Source: Bacilli bacterium
Lineage (GTDB): Bacteria > Bacillota_I > Bacilli_A > ML615J-28 > CAG-698
NCBI GenBank assembly: GCA_050953065.1
Contig: JBMNLZ010000003.1
Coordinates: forward strand, 64,001-128,000
DNA length: 64,000 nucleotides
Reading direction: 5' to 3'
Within the stretch, counting starts at the first letter, position 1. Each line of letters starts with the position of its first letter. Below the pieces are notes generated by a model. The model did no database searches, was not told the origin of the DNA, and saw only the letters and a list, made by a program, of their open reading frames with translations. Made by a program: the position numbers and the translations under genes. Below, one piece after another: positions 1 through 11,128 of this stretch.

Positions 1-1043
1 GAGGCACCTATTTTCTCTAAATTTTCAACCATTGCTAAAACTCTATCAGATTCTTTTAATTTTAGTCTGCTAATATCATAAATTTTTGATTCACCTGCTA
101 TGACTGAAGCTAAAACAAATAAGATGGGCCCCAAATCTGGACAATCTTTAAGACTTATTTCAAATGGTTTTAAATTGCTTTTTTCAATAATATAGCCTGT
201 GTTGATTTCTTGCACTCTAACATTAGCTTTTTTTAAAATATCAATAATAACCTTATCACCTTGTTTTGAATCATGTCTTAAATTAAAGATTTCTAAATTA
301 TTATTAATAGCAGCTAAAACTCCAAAAAATGCCATTTGAGAGTAATCGCCCTCAACTGTAAAGTTTGAATTTTTATATCTTTGTTTACCTTTAATTAAAT
401 ACACATTATTTTTTTCTTCAATAATCTTTATTCCAAAACTATCCAAAACATGAATTGTTAAGTCTACATAAGATTTTGATTCATAACTTCCTGTTATAAT
501 AATTTTTGAATCCTCTTCTAATAAAGGCAGTGCAAATAACAATCCAGAAATAAACTGACTTGAGATATTCCCCTTTATTTCAAAAACTCCATTTTTTAAG
601 CCTTTAGAAAAAGACACACTATCAAAATGTCTTTCAAACTTAACATTTTGGCTTTCAAATATTTCTTCATAAATGTTTAAAGGTCTTTCAAACAGTTTTT
701 TCGTACCTGTAATTTTAGTTTCATCAAAAATAAGCGAACAAATAGGTATTAACATTCTCAAACTAGAACCAGACTCATTAACTGAAAAACTAACAGTTTT
801 TTCAAAAGTTTTAAAACCATTTGATTTAACTATTATTTTATTATCAAATATCTCAAAACTTGCTTCTAAGTTTTTTAACCCTTCTAGTGTTGCATAAATA
901 TCTTCGCTTAAAGAAGAAGAATAATAAATACAACTTTCTCCATTTGCTAGAGCAGCACAAATTAAAGCTCTATGAAATAAGCTTTTAGAAGATGGTATCA
1001 TAATACTTCCACTAGGAATAGAAGGGAAAATTTTTACTTTCAT
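1..1043 (-). CDS. aroA: 3-phosphoshikimate 1-carboxyvinyltransferase (EPSP synthase), 3' end runs off window
   Basis: Manual translation from ATG at 1043: MKVKIFPSIPSGSIMIPSSKSLFHRALICAALA..ESGSSLR..ISSQFISGLL..EGDYS..DCPDL..KESDR; follows aroE/K. Confidence 0.93.
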   Translation of the reverse strand, partial: MKVKIFPSIPSGSIMIPSSKSLFHRALICAALANGESCIYYSSSLSEDIYATLEGLKNLEASFEIFDNKIIVKSNGFKTFEKTVSFSVNESGSSLRMLIPICSLIFDETKITGTKKLFERPLNIYEEIFESQNVKFERHFDSVSFSKGLKNGVFEIKGNISSQFISGLLFALPLLEEDSKIIITGSYESKSYVDLTIHVLDSFGIKIIEEKNNVYLIKGKQRYKNSNFTVEGDYSQMAFFGVLAAINNNLEIFNLRHDSKQGDKVIIDILKKANVRVQEINTGYIIEKSNLKPFEISLKDCPDLGPILFVLASVIAGESKIYDISRLKLKESDRVLAMVENLEKIGA

Positions 1044-1061
1044 TTTTTTAAAAAAACTTTC

Positions 1062-2291
1062 TTAAGTAATATTATTTAAAACTGCATCTACAACATCAGA
1101 AAACCCATTATTATTTTTCACAATAAAATCAGCATATTTTTCATAAAGATCTTTTCTTTCGTTATAAATTCTTTTCAAATCTTCTTTTGTTTGAGATAAC
1201 GGTCTTTTATCATCTAAAATTATATTCTCAATATCACGATCTACATAAATTAATAATCCGTTAGCTTTTAATGCATCCATATTTTCTTCTTTCAAAACTG
1301 CTCCGCCACCTGTAGCAATAATGATTCCAGATGAAGTTGATTGTTCTTTAATAATTTTAGTTTCTAAATCTCTAAAATATTTTTCACCTTTTTTATTAAA
1401 GACATCAGTTATAGTTGATGATTCTGCTTCAGTTATTTCAAAATCGATATCTACAATTCTTTTACCTGTTTTTAAAGCAAGTTGATTTGCAAGAGTAGTT
1501 TTTCCACTTCCAGGCATTCCTATTAAAACCAAATTTAAAACATCAAACTTTAGTTTTTTAGTTATTCTTTCAACATCATTTTTATCATAACGTTTATTTA
1601 AAAATAACTCTATTGAAGATAACGCTTGATATACTAACATTGATAAGCCATTTACAGCCTTAATCTTTCTTTTTTTAGCTTCTAACATTAATTGAGTGTT
1701 ATAAGGATTATAAATTACATCTACTACAGTTTTTAATCCTTTTAGTTGATCTAAAGAAATAGCCATTTTCCCAACATTTGGGAACATGCCAACTGGTGTT
1801 GCATTAACTAAAATATCAACTTCTAAATCTTTAATTTCTTCATATAAAAACGCATTTTCTTTTTTCATTCTAGATGCAAAATATACTTTCTTTGCACCTA
1901 AATCATCTAAAACACAAGCAATTGTTTTTGATGTGCCACCAGTTCCTAAAACTAACACTTTCTTATTTTCAACTTCAATTTTCTCATGAATAAGTAAATA
2001 TCTAAATCCTTCATAATCAGTATTATACCCTCTTAGTTGACCATTATCATTAATAACTGTATTAACTGCTTGTATTCTACTAGCCTTATGATCACAAAAC
2101 GACAAATAAGGAATCACCTTTTCCTTATAAGGAATTGTTACATTAATTCCAACAAACTCTTTTCTCTCCATAAAATCTTTGAATTCATAATTATTCAAAG
2201 AAATTAAACTATACTCAAGCCCTAAATAATTATGAATCATTTTAGAGTATGAGTGCGTAAGCTTCTCTCCTATTAATCCTAACTTTATCAT
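1062..2291 (-). CDS. aroE: Fused shikimate dehydrogenase / shikimate kinase (AroE-AroK)
   Basis: N-terminal HSYS, NVTIPYK, AVNT, GYNTD, GTGG, NATPVGM motifs; C-terminal P-loop LIGMPGSGKTT, FRDLE, TGGG, RPL. Confidence 0.92.
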   Translation of the reverse strand: MIKLGLIGEKLTHSYSKMIHNYLGLEYSLISLNNYEFKDFMERKEFVGINVTIPYKEKVIPYLSFCDHKASRIQAVNTVINDNGQLRGYNTDYEGFRYLLIHEKIEVENKKVLVLGTGGTSKTIACVLDDLGAKKVYFASRMKKENAFLYEEIKDLEVDILVNATPVGMFPNVGKMAISLDQLKGLKTVVDVIYNPYNTQLMLEAKKRKIKAVNGLSMLVYQALSSIELFLNKRYDKNDVERITKKLKFDVLNLVLIGMPGSGKTTLANQLALKTGKRIVDIDFEITEAESSTITDVFNKKGEKYFRDLETKIIKEQSTSSGIIIATGGGAVLKEENMDALKANGLLIYVDRDIENIILDDKRPLSQTKEDLKRIYNERKDLYEKYADFIVKNNNGFSDVVDAVLNNIT

Positions 2292-2294
2292 ATT

Positions 2295-3374
2295 TTACCC
2301 CCATTTATAACCATATCTAGAAAAATGTAAATCAACCAAACCAATAGCAATCATACTTTCAATTACGACTCTTGCTCTATGTACAATACATGGATCATGC
2401 CTTCCTGAAATAGTTAGCACTTCTTCTTTCATGGTATTTAAATTAATTGTTTTTTGAGGTTTGCTGATTGATGGCGTTGGTTTAACAGCAACCCTTAAAA
2501 CTATTGGCATCCCATTACTAATTCCGCCATTAATTCCACCGTTATTATTGGTTTTTGTTTTAATTTCATTTTCATAGTAGTATTGGTCATTAACCTCACT
2601 TCCGAAAAACTTGGTTATTTCAAAACCTTTACCAAACTCTATACCTTTAATTCCAGGAATAGAAAAAATCAATTTGCTAAGATTTGATTCAATAGAATCA
2701 AAGAACGGTTCTCCAATTCCACCTTCTACCCCTAAAATGCAAGTCTCAATTACACCACCTACTGAATCGCCTTCTTTTTTAGCATTTGAAATTAAATCTA
2801 TCATTTTTCCTTTGACTGAAGCATTTATTACTGGAAAATAGTCCTTATTAAGTTTTAAAATAAGATTTTCATTTAACTCGCTTAAATTATCATCTTCAAT
2901 ATCTTTTATACTCTTAATGTGACTTACAATATCAATAGCTTTTTTCTTTAAAATTTGCTTACAAATACTACCTGCTACAACTAACGCTGCAGTAATTCTA
3001 CCTGAAAAATGTCCTCCTCCACGATAATCTTGAAAACCTTGATACTTTAACTGAGCCGTATAATCAGCATGTGAGGGCCTAATTACAGTAGCATTATAAT
3101 CTTTACTTTTAACATCCATGTTATCAATCGTAATACAAAGTGGAGTACCTGTAGTATAGCCATTAAAAAAACCACTTAAAATATTTAATTCATCCGCCTC
3201 ATTTCTTGAAGTTGAAATTTTATCAATAGACTTTCTTTTTTTTAATTCTTCATAAATCATTTCAAAATCAATTTTGATCCCTGAATTTAATCCATCAATT
3301 ACAACTCCAATAGCTTTCCCGTGAGACTCGCCAAATAATGAGATTTTTAGATTATTCCCGATTATAGAACTCAT
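2295..3374 (-). CDS. aroC: Chorismate synthase
   Basis: FGESHG, RPSHAD, RGGGHFSGR, KPTPSI, GRHDPC motifs. Confidence 0.96.
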   Translation of the reverse strand: MSSIIGNNLKISLFGESHGKAIGVVIDGLNSGIKIDFEMIYEELKKRKSIDKISTSRNEADELNILSGFFNGYTTGTPLCITIDNMDVKSKDYNATVIRPSHADYTAQLKYQGFQDYRGGGHFSGRITAALVVAGSICKQILKKKAIDIVSHIKSIKDIEDDNLSELNENLILKLNKDYFPVINASVKGKMIDLISNAKKEGDSVGGVIETCILGVEGGIGEPFFDSIESNLSKLIFSIPGIKGIEFGKGFEITKFFGSEVNDQYYYENEIKTKTNNNGGINGGISNGMPIVLRVAVKPTPSISKPQKTINLNTMKEEVLTISGRHDPCIVHRARVVIESMIAIGLVDLHFSRYGYKWG

Positions 3375-3377
3375 AAG

Positions 3378-4382
3378 CTATTCCCCCATCAATTTATTTT
3401 TTAATTCCTCTAAAGTTATTTTTTTAATTATATATTTTCCCGGTAAATTAACTTTAACAATATCTATATATCCATTAGAAGTTTTTTTATCATTTAATAC
3501 AAGTTTATAAATTTGTTTTTTATCAAACTCTATATTATAATTTATATTCATCTTTTTTAAGATATTTATAACATTTGATTTTAAAGTAGGACAATCTATC
3601 ATATAAAGCATCCCACAAGCAACTGCCTCACCATGTAATAAACCTTCCATTTTATAATAACTTTCAAATGCATGACCAAAAGTATGACCGAAATTTAAGA
3701 TTTTTCTTAAATTTTCTTCTTTAAAATCTTTTTCAACTACTTTTTTCTTTACCATTAAAGATAAATAAATAATTTTTTCTAAATCATCTAAATAATTATC
3801 TTTTAAAAAGATTTCATATAACTTCTTATCCATAATTAAACCAGATTTTAAAGCTTCAACTAATCCATTATAAAAGTGACGTTTAGGTAGACTTTCTAAA
3901 ACACTTACATCAATTAAAACTTTTTTAGGATTATAAAAAGAACCAACAGCATTTTTTACATCCCCTAAATTAAGAGCAACTTTACCACCAATTGAACTAT
4001 CAACCATTGCAAGAGTTGTTGTTGGAATATTGTAAAAATTTAATCCCCTTTTAAAAGTGCTAGCCACAAAGCCAGTTAAATCTCCAACTACTCCACCGCC
4101 TAGTGCAATAACATGGTCTTTTCTTGAAAATTCATGTTCCAATAAATATTTAAGCATTGTTTCATAGGTACTTAAACTTTTACTAGCCTCTCCTGCTTTA
4201 ACTTCAAACAAATATATATTAACAAACTGTTTTTTTACCTTTTCAACTAACTCTTTTGATAAATTGCTATCATAAGAAAGTAAAACTTTACCATAAAGAG
4301 ATAAATGTTTTCCTAAATTATCTAGCAAATTTTTTTCAATTACTATATTATATTTATTTTCATTCTTTACTTTAATTATCAT
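3378..4382 (-). CDS. aroB: 3-dehydroquinate synthase
   Basis: GEASKS, GGGVVGDL, PTTTLAMVDSSIGGK, LNFGHTFGHA, LHGEAV. Confidence 0.96.
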   Translation of the reverse strand: MIIKVKNENKYNIVIEKNLLDNLGKHLSLYGKVLLSYDSNLSKELVEKVKKQFVNIYLFEVKAGEASKSLSTYETMLKYLLEHEFSRKDHVIALGGGVVGDLTGFVASTFKRGLNFYNIPTTTLAMVDSSIGGKVALNLGDVKNAVGSFYNPKKVLIDVSVLESLPKRHFYNGLVEALKSGLIMDKKLYEIFLKDNYLDDLEKIIYLSLMVKKKVVEKDFKEENLRKILNFGHTFGHAFESYYKMEGLLHGEAVACGMLYMIDCPTLKSNVINILKKMNINYNIEFDKKQIYKLVLNDKKTSNGYIDIVKVNLPGKYIIKKITLEELKNKLMGE

Positions 4383-4392
4383 AACAATAAGT

Positions 4393-5172
4393 TTATTTCT
4401 TTATTTCTTCAGCTGGGCCTTCCATAAAAACATTGTCTTCTTTATCTGCTGAAAGATAAATTTCTCCTCCTAAAAATTTTACTAACACTTTATCATCTAG
4501 CTTTTTTTTAAGTCTTCCCAAAACAAAAGCACTACTTGCTCCTGTGCCACAAGCTAAAGTCCAACCAACTCCCCTTTCATAAGTTCTTACCTCAATTGTT
4601 TTGGAATCGATTATCTTTACAAAATTAACATTAGTTTTTTCTAAATAAATTTCATGATTACAAATTGCTTCACCAAAAAAATCAATTTCACTAAAATCAT
4701 CTACAAACACCACTGTATGAACAGTATTCATAAATATCGTAGATAGAACGACTTTTCTTTTTTTAATAACCAACTCTTGATCAAGAAAATCCTTTTTATT
4801 TGTATTAACAGATGATGCTTTAGGATCAAAAATAGCTTTTCCCATTTTTACTTTAACTAAAAAAGGATCAAAACTAGCAATTTCTACATCTAAAATACCA
4901 GCTAAAGTTAAAACTTGATATTTTTTATCCTTAATTATCGCCTCATCAAAACAATATCTTGCAAGGCATCTAATTCCATTTCCACACATTGTTCCTCTAG
5001 AACCATCAGCATTATAAAATATCATTTCTAAAGGATTCGTTTTAACTGCAATAAAACCATCAGTTTGATGTTTTTTACACAAACTAATAGCTAGAGAAGT
5101 ATAATCTCTTTCCTCTTCTGTTTTAATTATCGCAAAAGTATTCATACAACCATGATATAATTTTTCTTCCAT
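4393..5172 (-). CDS. dapF: Diaminopimelate epimerase
   Basis: YNADGS, MCGNG and YERGVGWTLACGTGA with both catalytic Cys; N-terminus divergent (HGCMNTF). Confidence 0.9.
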   Translation of the reverse strand: MEEKLYHGCMNTFAIIKTEEERDYTSLAISLCKKHQTDGFIAVKTNPLEMIFYNADGSRGTMCGNGIRCLARYCFDEAIIKDKKYQVLTLAGILDVEIASFDPFLVKVKMGKAIFDPKASSVNTNKKDFLDQELVIKKRKVVLSTIFMNTVHTVVFVDDFSEIDFFGEAICNHEIYLEKTNVNFVKIIDSKTIEVRTYERGVGWTLACGTGASSAFVLGRLKKKLDDKVLVKFLGGEIYLSADKEDNVFMEGPAEEIKK

Positions 5173-5280
5173 ATAATATTCCTTGTTATATTTATTATTA
5201 TATCAAATTTTATTTTTTAAAGCAATTAGCAGAAAACATATTCATTGATTAATTTAAATAAAAAAACTTAAGATTTTTTC

Positions 5281-5670
5281 TTAAGCTTTTTTTGAGGAAT
5301 ATGCAATAACTTCAATTTCAATCAAAGCATCTTTAGGCAATCTACTTACTTCTACACATGACCTTGCGGGCTTATGGTTTTCAAAAAAATCTTGATAAAG
5401 AGTATTAACAAAAGCAAAATTATTTAAATCAGTTAAAAAAATTGTTGTTTTAACTACATCATTAATAGAAAAACAAGCCTCATTTAAAATCTCTTTTATA
5501 TTCTTTAAAACCATTTTAGTCTGAAGAGTTATATCCTTTTCAACTAAAGCATTGCTTTTTGGATCAATTGCAATTTGACCAGAAAGAAATAAAAAACCGT
5601 TTTCTAAATATATACCTTGAGAATAAGGCCCCAATGCATTTGGAGCCTTGTTTGAATTTATTATTTTCAT
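5281..5670 (-). CDS. ridA: RidA/YjgF family enamine-imine deaminase
   Basis: APNALGPYSQ, SGQI, PARSCVEVSRLP, IEIE. Confidence 0.92.
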   Translation of the reverse strand: MKIINSNKAPNALGPYSQGIYLENGFLFLSGQIAIDPKSNALVEKDITLQTKMVLKNIKEILNEACFSINDVVKTTIFLTDLNNFAFVNTLYQDFFENHKPARSCVEVSRLPKDALIEIEVIAYSSKKA

Positions 5671-7002
5671 TTAGAAATACCTATCAATTTCCCATTGATG
5701 AATTAGTTTTCTATATTCATCCCATTCAAGACGTTTAGCAGCGATGTATTTATTAAAAATATGTTCTCCTAATGTCTCTTTCATTAAAGTGCTTTTTTGT
5801 AGTTCTTTTATAGCATCTTTTAAATTTTCAGGTAAATTCATAATTCCACAAGCTTCACGTTGTTCTCTTGTATATTCAAAAATATTATCATATACTGGTG
5901 GAACTTCTTCTAAATTGTTTTTTATACCATCAAGACCTGCTGCTAAAATAGCCGCAAATGCCAAATATGGGTTAGCACTTGGGTCAACATTTCTTACTTC
6001 TGTTCTAGTACCAAGACCTCTTACAGCAGGAATTCTAACCATTGAACTGCGATTAGCATCTGACCAACAAATATAACAAGGCGCCTCATATCCTAAAACA
6101 AGTCTTTTATATGAATTTACTGTAGGATTAGTAATAGCAGAAAATGCTCTTGCATGTTTTAAGATTCCACTAATCCATTTAATACAAATATCACTTAAAC
6201 CATTTTCTTTTTTCGGATCATAAAAAACATTATTTCCATCTTTATCAGTTAAAGAACAATTAACATGCATTCCATTACCAGCTTTACCTACAACAGGTTT
6301 AGGCATAAATGAAGCATATAAATTATATTTTCTAGCAATTTGCTTTACTACTTGCATAAATGTTTGAACATTATCACAAGTTTTAATAGCTGATTCATAT
6401 TTAAAATTAATTTCATTTTGACCTGGACCTACCTCATGATGAGATGCTTCAACTGAAAAACCTAATTTTTCTAATTCTAATACGATATCATGTCTACATC
6501 TTTCAGAACCATCCAAAGGTGCTAAATCAAAATAACTTCCCTTATCATTAAATACTAAAACAGGATCTCCATTTTCATCTTGCCTAAACAAGTAAAATTC
6601 AGGTTCAACGCCTACTAGAAAGTCTTTAAAGCCCATCTTTTCCATTTCTTTTAAAACTCTTTTTAAATTACTCCTTGGATCACCAGAAAAATACTCACCA
6701 TTAGGTAATTTAACATCACAAATAAAGCGTGCTACTTTTCCATATTCATTACTTTCAAGAGGTAAAATTAACCATGTAGAAAGGTCTGGTTCTAAATACA
6801 TATCAGCTTCTTTAATTCTAATAAATCCTTCAATACTAGAACCATCAAACATTACCTTACCATCTAAAACTCTTTCAAGTTGTGAAATAGGAACTTCAAC
6901 ACTTTTAATTGTACCAAGCATATCAGTAAATTGCATTTTTATATATTTAACATTTTCCTCGATTGCATTGGTTCTAATATAGTCTTTAGTAATTTTTTTC
7001 AT
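5671..7002 (-). CDS. glnA: Glutamine synthetase type I
   Basis: [46 protein letters not shown]; ATG at 7002 preferred over GTG at 7011 because of GGGTGA RBS spacing. Confidence 0.96.
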   Translation of the reverse strand: MKKITKDYIRTNAIEENVKYIKMQFTDMLGTIKSVEVPISQLERVLDGKVMFDGSSIEGFIRIKEADMYLEPDLSTWLILPLESNEYGKVARFICDVKLPNGEYFSGDPRSNLKRVLKEMEKMGFKDFLVGVEPEFYLFRQDENGDPVLVFNDKGSYFDLAPLDGSERCRHDIVLELEKLGFSVEASHHEVGPGQNEINFKYESAIKTCDNVQTFMQVVKQIARKYNLYASFMPKPVVGKAGNGMHVNCSLTDKDGNNVFYDPKKENGLSDICIKWISGILKHARAFSAITNPTVNSYKRLVLGYEAPCYICWSDANRSSMVRIPAVRGLGTRTEVRNVDPSANPYLAFAAILAAGLDGIKNNLEEVPPVYDNIFEYTREQREACGIMNLPENLKDAIKELQKSTLMKETLGEHIFNKYIAAKRLEWDEYRKLIHQWEIDRYF

Positions 7003-7065
7003 TTTTATCACCCTTTTTATACTTATGCTTATATTATATCTTCTTTAGCAAATTTTTACTAGAGA

Positions 7066-7308
7066 TTATTTTATTTTAATTTTTTGTTTTGTTTTACAAT
7101 TAGGACATTTTCTATTAATTTCATTATTGTTTGGAACAACAAAGATTAATTTAATCCAAAAAATCTTTATTATCTCTTTACAATTTTCACATTCTAAAGT
7201 TTTTTTAGATAATTTATTTGCTCTAACAATTAAGACTGTAAAAAAATAAATTAAACAAATACTGATAATTATTATGGTGTCTAAACCAATTCTAAAATAT
7301 AAAGACAT
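7066..7308 (-). CDS. Small membrane protein with CxxC...CxxC zinc ribbon
   Basis: N-terminal hydrophobic helix; CENC and CPNC motifs; AAGGG RBS. Confidence 0.6.
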   Translation of the reverse strand: MSLYFRIGLDTIIIISICLIYFFTVLIVRANKLSKKTLECENCKEIIKIFWIKLIFVVPNNNEINRKCPNCKTKQKIKIK

Positions 7309-7328
7309 TATTTTCCCTTTTTTATTAT

Positions 7329-8000
7329 TTATTTTTTATTTTTATTGCCACCCACAAACTGGTCAAATTTCATAATTTTACTATGTTCACCAATTGCTAC
7401 TATTGTATCATTTGGCATAATGAAATCTGCCCCACGTGGTATAAAAAATTTTTCATTGCGCATAATACCTACTACATTTATATCAAATTTATTTCTTAAG
7501 TCCATTTCAATTAAACTTACCTGTTCAAAATCATCAGCCACTAAAATTTTTACAAGTCCAAAATCCTGCAGTATCTTATAATAATCAACAATACTATCAC
7601 TTACTATCTGATTAGCTAAACTAACCGCCGCAGCTTGAGCAGGTAGGACTACATCAGTTGCTCCAATTTTATACATTACAGGTGTAAAATAATCATCATC
7701 AACTCTTACTGTAATTCTTTCAATGCCCATTTCTTTTAAAATTATAGTTGTAAGAATAGTTGATTGCATATTACCACCAATTGCAATAATTGCATGATCA
7801 ATATTTTTAACACCTAATTCTTTTAGATTTCCTTCCTTAGTAGAATCACAAATAAAACAATGTTCAATAAATTCTCCTGCTTTAATTACCCTAGTCTCAT
7901 CAACATCAATTGCCATCACATCAGCTTTTAAGGCACTCAATGTTTCAACAATTCCCATTCCAAATCTACCTAAACCTACTACTAAAAAACTTTTTTTCAT
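7329..8000 (-). CDS. ktrA: KtrA/TrkA potassium uptake NAD-binding subunit
   Basis: VVGLGRFG Rossmann motif, RCK N- and C-domain pattern, next to ktrB. Confidence 0.9.
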   Translation of the reverse strand: MKKSFLVVGLGRFGMGIVETLSALKADVMAIDVDETRVIKAGEFIEHCFICDSTKEGNLKELGVKNIDHAIIAIGGNMQSTILTTIILKEMGIERITVRVDDDYFTPVMYKIGATDVVLPAQAAAVSLANQIVSDSIVDYYKILQDFGLVKILVADDFEQVSLIEMDLRNKFDINVVGIMRNEKFFIPRGADFIMPNDTIVAIGEHSKIMKFDQFVGGNKNKK

Positions 8001-8007
8001 TTTTCAC

Positions 8008-9327
8008 CTAACCAATTATTATTTTTTCTTCAATATATTTAATATCTTCGTCTAACTCTCTTAGGCGATTTTGATTCCAAATACTAATTACTGTTAAAGG
8101 TCCAAGTCTACCAAAAAGCATCGTTATACAAATTAATACTTTACTTATTACAGACAAACTATTAGTAATCCCCAAACTCAAACCTACGGTACTAAAAGCA
8201 CTAACTACTTCAAAAACAGTTTCACTTACCCCTAAATCTTTTTCAATTAATAAAATTATAAAAGATATAGCCATTATATATAACATTGCAAAAACCACCA
8301 ATGAAAATGCTTTTAAAATTGAATGTTGTGAAATTCGCCTTGAAAATATCTTAGGAGATTTTCCCCTTGCATAACTTATAATTGTAGCAATCAAAACAAA
8401 AAGTGTCGTTGTTTTAATCCCACCACCAGTTGAGGTTGGAGATGCTCCAATAAACATCAAAAAGATTAAAATAACATATGCAGGAGCACTTATTTTAGAA
8501 ATATCAATTATAAAAAAACCTGCACTTCTTGCATTAACACTTTGAAATAAAGCTTCTAACCAAGTTATATCTTTATACATTGAGACTTTAAATAAAATCA
8601 TTCCAAATAAAATCAAACTAAAAGACATAATCAAAACTATTTTAGTGTGCCTAGGTAGCTTTTTAAAATCTTTTTTTCTAATTGCATCTAAAATATCATG
8701 AATTACAATAAAACCAATACCACCTAAAATTACCAATAACATTGTATTTATATTAAGTAAAATATTAGCACCATAATTAATCATACTATTATCAAAACCA
8801 AAGATATCAAACCCAGCATTATTAAAAGATGATATTGAATGAAAGGCACTTAAACCTAAAGCTTTAAAAAATGAATTATCATTTATAAAAACTATTAAAT
8901 TAATTAACATTCCAAAAAACTGGATTGTTAGGGTTGTTATAATAATGACTTTGATTAATCTAATAACTCCTTTAGCTGTATTTTGATTTAATGCTTCTTT
9001 CATCAAAAATCTTTCAGCCATTCCAATTTTTAGTCCAAGTAATATAAACATAAAAACAGCTAGTGTTAGAAAGCCAAGCCCACCTATTTCAATTAAAACA
9101 GCCAAAACTATTTTTCCAAACAAAGATAAAGTAGCACCTAAATTAGGAACAAATGGCAACCCCGTCACACAAATAGCTGAAGTTGCTGTAAAAATTGAGT
9201 TAAAAACTCCTAAACCTTTGTTATCAACAGTTGAAATGGGTAACAAAAATAGACAAGCACCTATTAATATAATAAATAAATAACTTAACAAAATTATTAA
9301 ATATGGAGATGTTTTACGTTTTGTCAT
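8008..9327 (-). CDS. ktrB: KtrB/TrkH potassium uptake membrane subunit
   Basis: FTATSAICVTGL, FNNAGF, RSAGF, STGGGIK, SAFSTVGL, GRLGPLT pore-loop motifs. Confidence 0.92.
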   Translation of the reverse strand: MTKRKTSPYLIILLSYLFIILIGACLFLLPISTVDNKGLGVFNSIFTATSAICVTGLPFVPNLGATLSLFGKIVLAVLIEIGGLGFLTLAVFMFILLGLKIGMAERFLMKEALNQNTAKGVIRLIKVIIITTLTIQFFGMLINLIVFINDNSFFKALGLSAFHSISSFNNAGFDIFGFDNSMINYGANILLNINTMLLVILGGIGFIVIHDILDAIRKKDFKKLPRHTKIVLIMSFSLILFGMILFKVSMYKDITWLEALFQSVNARSAGFFIIDISKISAPAYVILIFLMFIGASPTSTGGGIKTTTLFVLIATIISYARGKSPKIFSRRISQHSILKAFSLVVFAMLYIMAISFIILLIEKDLGVSETVFEVVSAFSTVGLSLGITNSLSVISKVLICITMLFGRLGPLTVISIWNQNRLRELDEDIKYIEEKIIIG

Positions 9328-9448
9328 ATAAATTTCTCTTTATTTTTTAGATTTCTCTACTTAATTTTTTAACATTATAACATAAAAAGCATTAATTGTC
9401 TATACAGCACAATCAACAAAACTCATCATAAAAACAATAAAAATTTTT

Positions 9449-9877
9449 TTAATTAGTCGTTGCAAAAGTCATTTCTGCTTCGCACACTAATTTTTCTCCT
9501 ACATAGGCTTTTCCTTGTCCAATTCCTACATTATTTTTTAATTTAATTACTTCAAATTCTAAATTCATTACATCACCAGGTACTACCTTTTGTCTAAATT
9601 TAGCATTTCTTATTCCAGCAAAATACGCTATTTTTCCCTTTTGATGTTCAAGCGATAATACAATTATAGCTCCAAGCTGAGCTAGAGCCTCAATAATTAA
9701 AACTCCTGGCATTACATGTTCTTCTGGAAAATGTCCTAAAAACTGCATTTCATTGGCAGAGACTGCTTTAATACCCTTAGCTTTTTCACCTGGTATCAAT
9801 TCAGTAACTTTATCTAACATCAAAAAAGGATATCTATGCGGGAGAATTTTTTGAATCTCATTGCTTGATAAAACCAT
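9449..9877 (-). CDS. fabZ: 3-hydroxyacyl-ACP dehydratase
   Basis: LPHRYPFLMLD, GHFP, MPGVLIIEALAQ; ATG at 9877 with GGAGG RBS. Confidence 0.96.
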   Translation of the reverse strand: MVLSSNEIQKILPHRYPFLMLDKVTELIPGEKAKGIKAVSANEMQFLGHFPEEHVMPGVLIIEALAQLGAIIVLSLEHQKGKIAYFAGIRNAKFRQKVVPGDVMNLEFEVIKLKNNVGIGQGKAYVGEKLVCEAEMTFATTN

Positions 9878-9878
9878 T

Positions 9879-11120
9879 TTATTTACCTCCAATATTTTTA
9901 AAAACTAAAGTTGCGTTTTGACCTCCAAACCCTAAACTATTGCTTAAAGCATATCTTATATGTCTTTTTACAAATTTATCAGGTGTGTAATTCAAATCAC
10001 AATCTGAATCTTTTTCTTTATAGTTAATAGTAGGAGGAATTATGCCTTCTTCAATTGCTTTGACAGTAATTACTGCCTCAATTCCACCTACTGCTCCTAA
10101 GCAATGCCCATGCATTGATTTTGTTGCTCCAATATTTATTTTGTATGCATAATCTTTAAAAACTTTTTTAATTCCCAAAGTTTCATATTTATCATTATAA
10201 ATAGTTGATGTTCCATGTGGATTAATATAATCTATTTCATCATTTCTAACTTCTCCTTCAGCCAAAGCAAGTTCCATACAATTAGAAATCCCTTCAGCTA
10301 AAGCATCGGGTGCTGTAACATGAGAAGCATCACAAGTTGCTCCATAGCCAACAATTTCTGCATAAATATGAGCACCTCTTTTTATTGCATGTTCATATTC
10401 TTCTAAAATTAAAACTCCAGCACCTTCTCCCATAACAAAACCACTTCTCCTAGCATCAAAAGGAATAGATGCTTCATCTTTATTATTAGAAAAACATAAA
10501 GCTTTCATAGAAGTAAAACTTCCAATACCTATATCATTAATTGATGCTTCGCTACCACCAGCAAAAGCTAAATCTAAATAACCATGTTTAATATATCTAA
10601 AAGCCTCACCAATTGAATTAGTAGCTGAAGAACAAGCCGTTACAACAGGAATTGCTGCTCCTTTTGCTTTAAATTTAATTGCTACTTGTCCACCAACTAA
10701 ATTAATTAATGCATTTGGAATGAAGAAAGCTGATACCCTATCAGCGCCTTTTTCAACTGATTTTTTAATTTCATCATTTATTGTTCCAAGCCCACCAATT
10801 CCACTTCCAATAAAAGTGCCAAATCTTCTTTCATCAATCATCTCTGGCTTAAGAGATGCATCTTCATAAGCTTGAATTGCTGCAATCAAACCAAACATAA
10901 TTGTTCTATCCATTCTTTTAATTTCTTTTGGTTCTAAATAAAGTTCTGGTTTTAACCCCTTAACTTCAGCTGCAATCTTTACTTTCATATTTGAAGTATC
11001 AAACAAGGTAATATCATCAATCCCATTTTTACCTTCTAAAAGTGCCTTCCACATTTCTTCAACATTATTACCAATTGGAGTTACAGCTCCAAGTCCTGTA
11101 ATTACTACACGTCTTTTCAT
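9879..11120 (-). CDS. fabF: Beta-ketoacyl-ACP synthase II
   Basis: RRVVITGLG, TACSS, HGTST, KSMHGHCLGA, NSLGFGG. Confidence 0.96.
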   Translation of the reverse strand: MKRRVVITGLGAVTPIGNNVEEMWKALLEGKNGIDDITLFDTSNMKVKIAAEVKGLKPELYLEPKEIKRMDRTIMFGLIAAIQAYEDASLKPEMIDERRFGTFIGSGIGGLGTINDEIKKSVEKGADRVSAFFIPNALINLVGGQVAIKFKAKGAAIPVVTACSSATNSIGEAFRYIKHGYLDLAFAGGSEASINDIGIGSFTSMKALCFSNNKDEASIPFDARRSGFVMGEGAGVLILEEYEHAIKRGAHIYAEIVGYGATCDASHVTAPDALAEGISNCMELALAEGEVRNDEIDYINPHGTSTIYNDKYETLGIKKVFKDYAYKINIGATKSMHGHCLGAVGGIEAVITVKAIEEGIIPPTINYKEKDSDCDLNYTPDKFVKRHIRYALSNSLGFGGQNATLVFKNIGGK

Positions 11121-11128
11121 ATTGCCCC

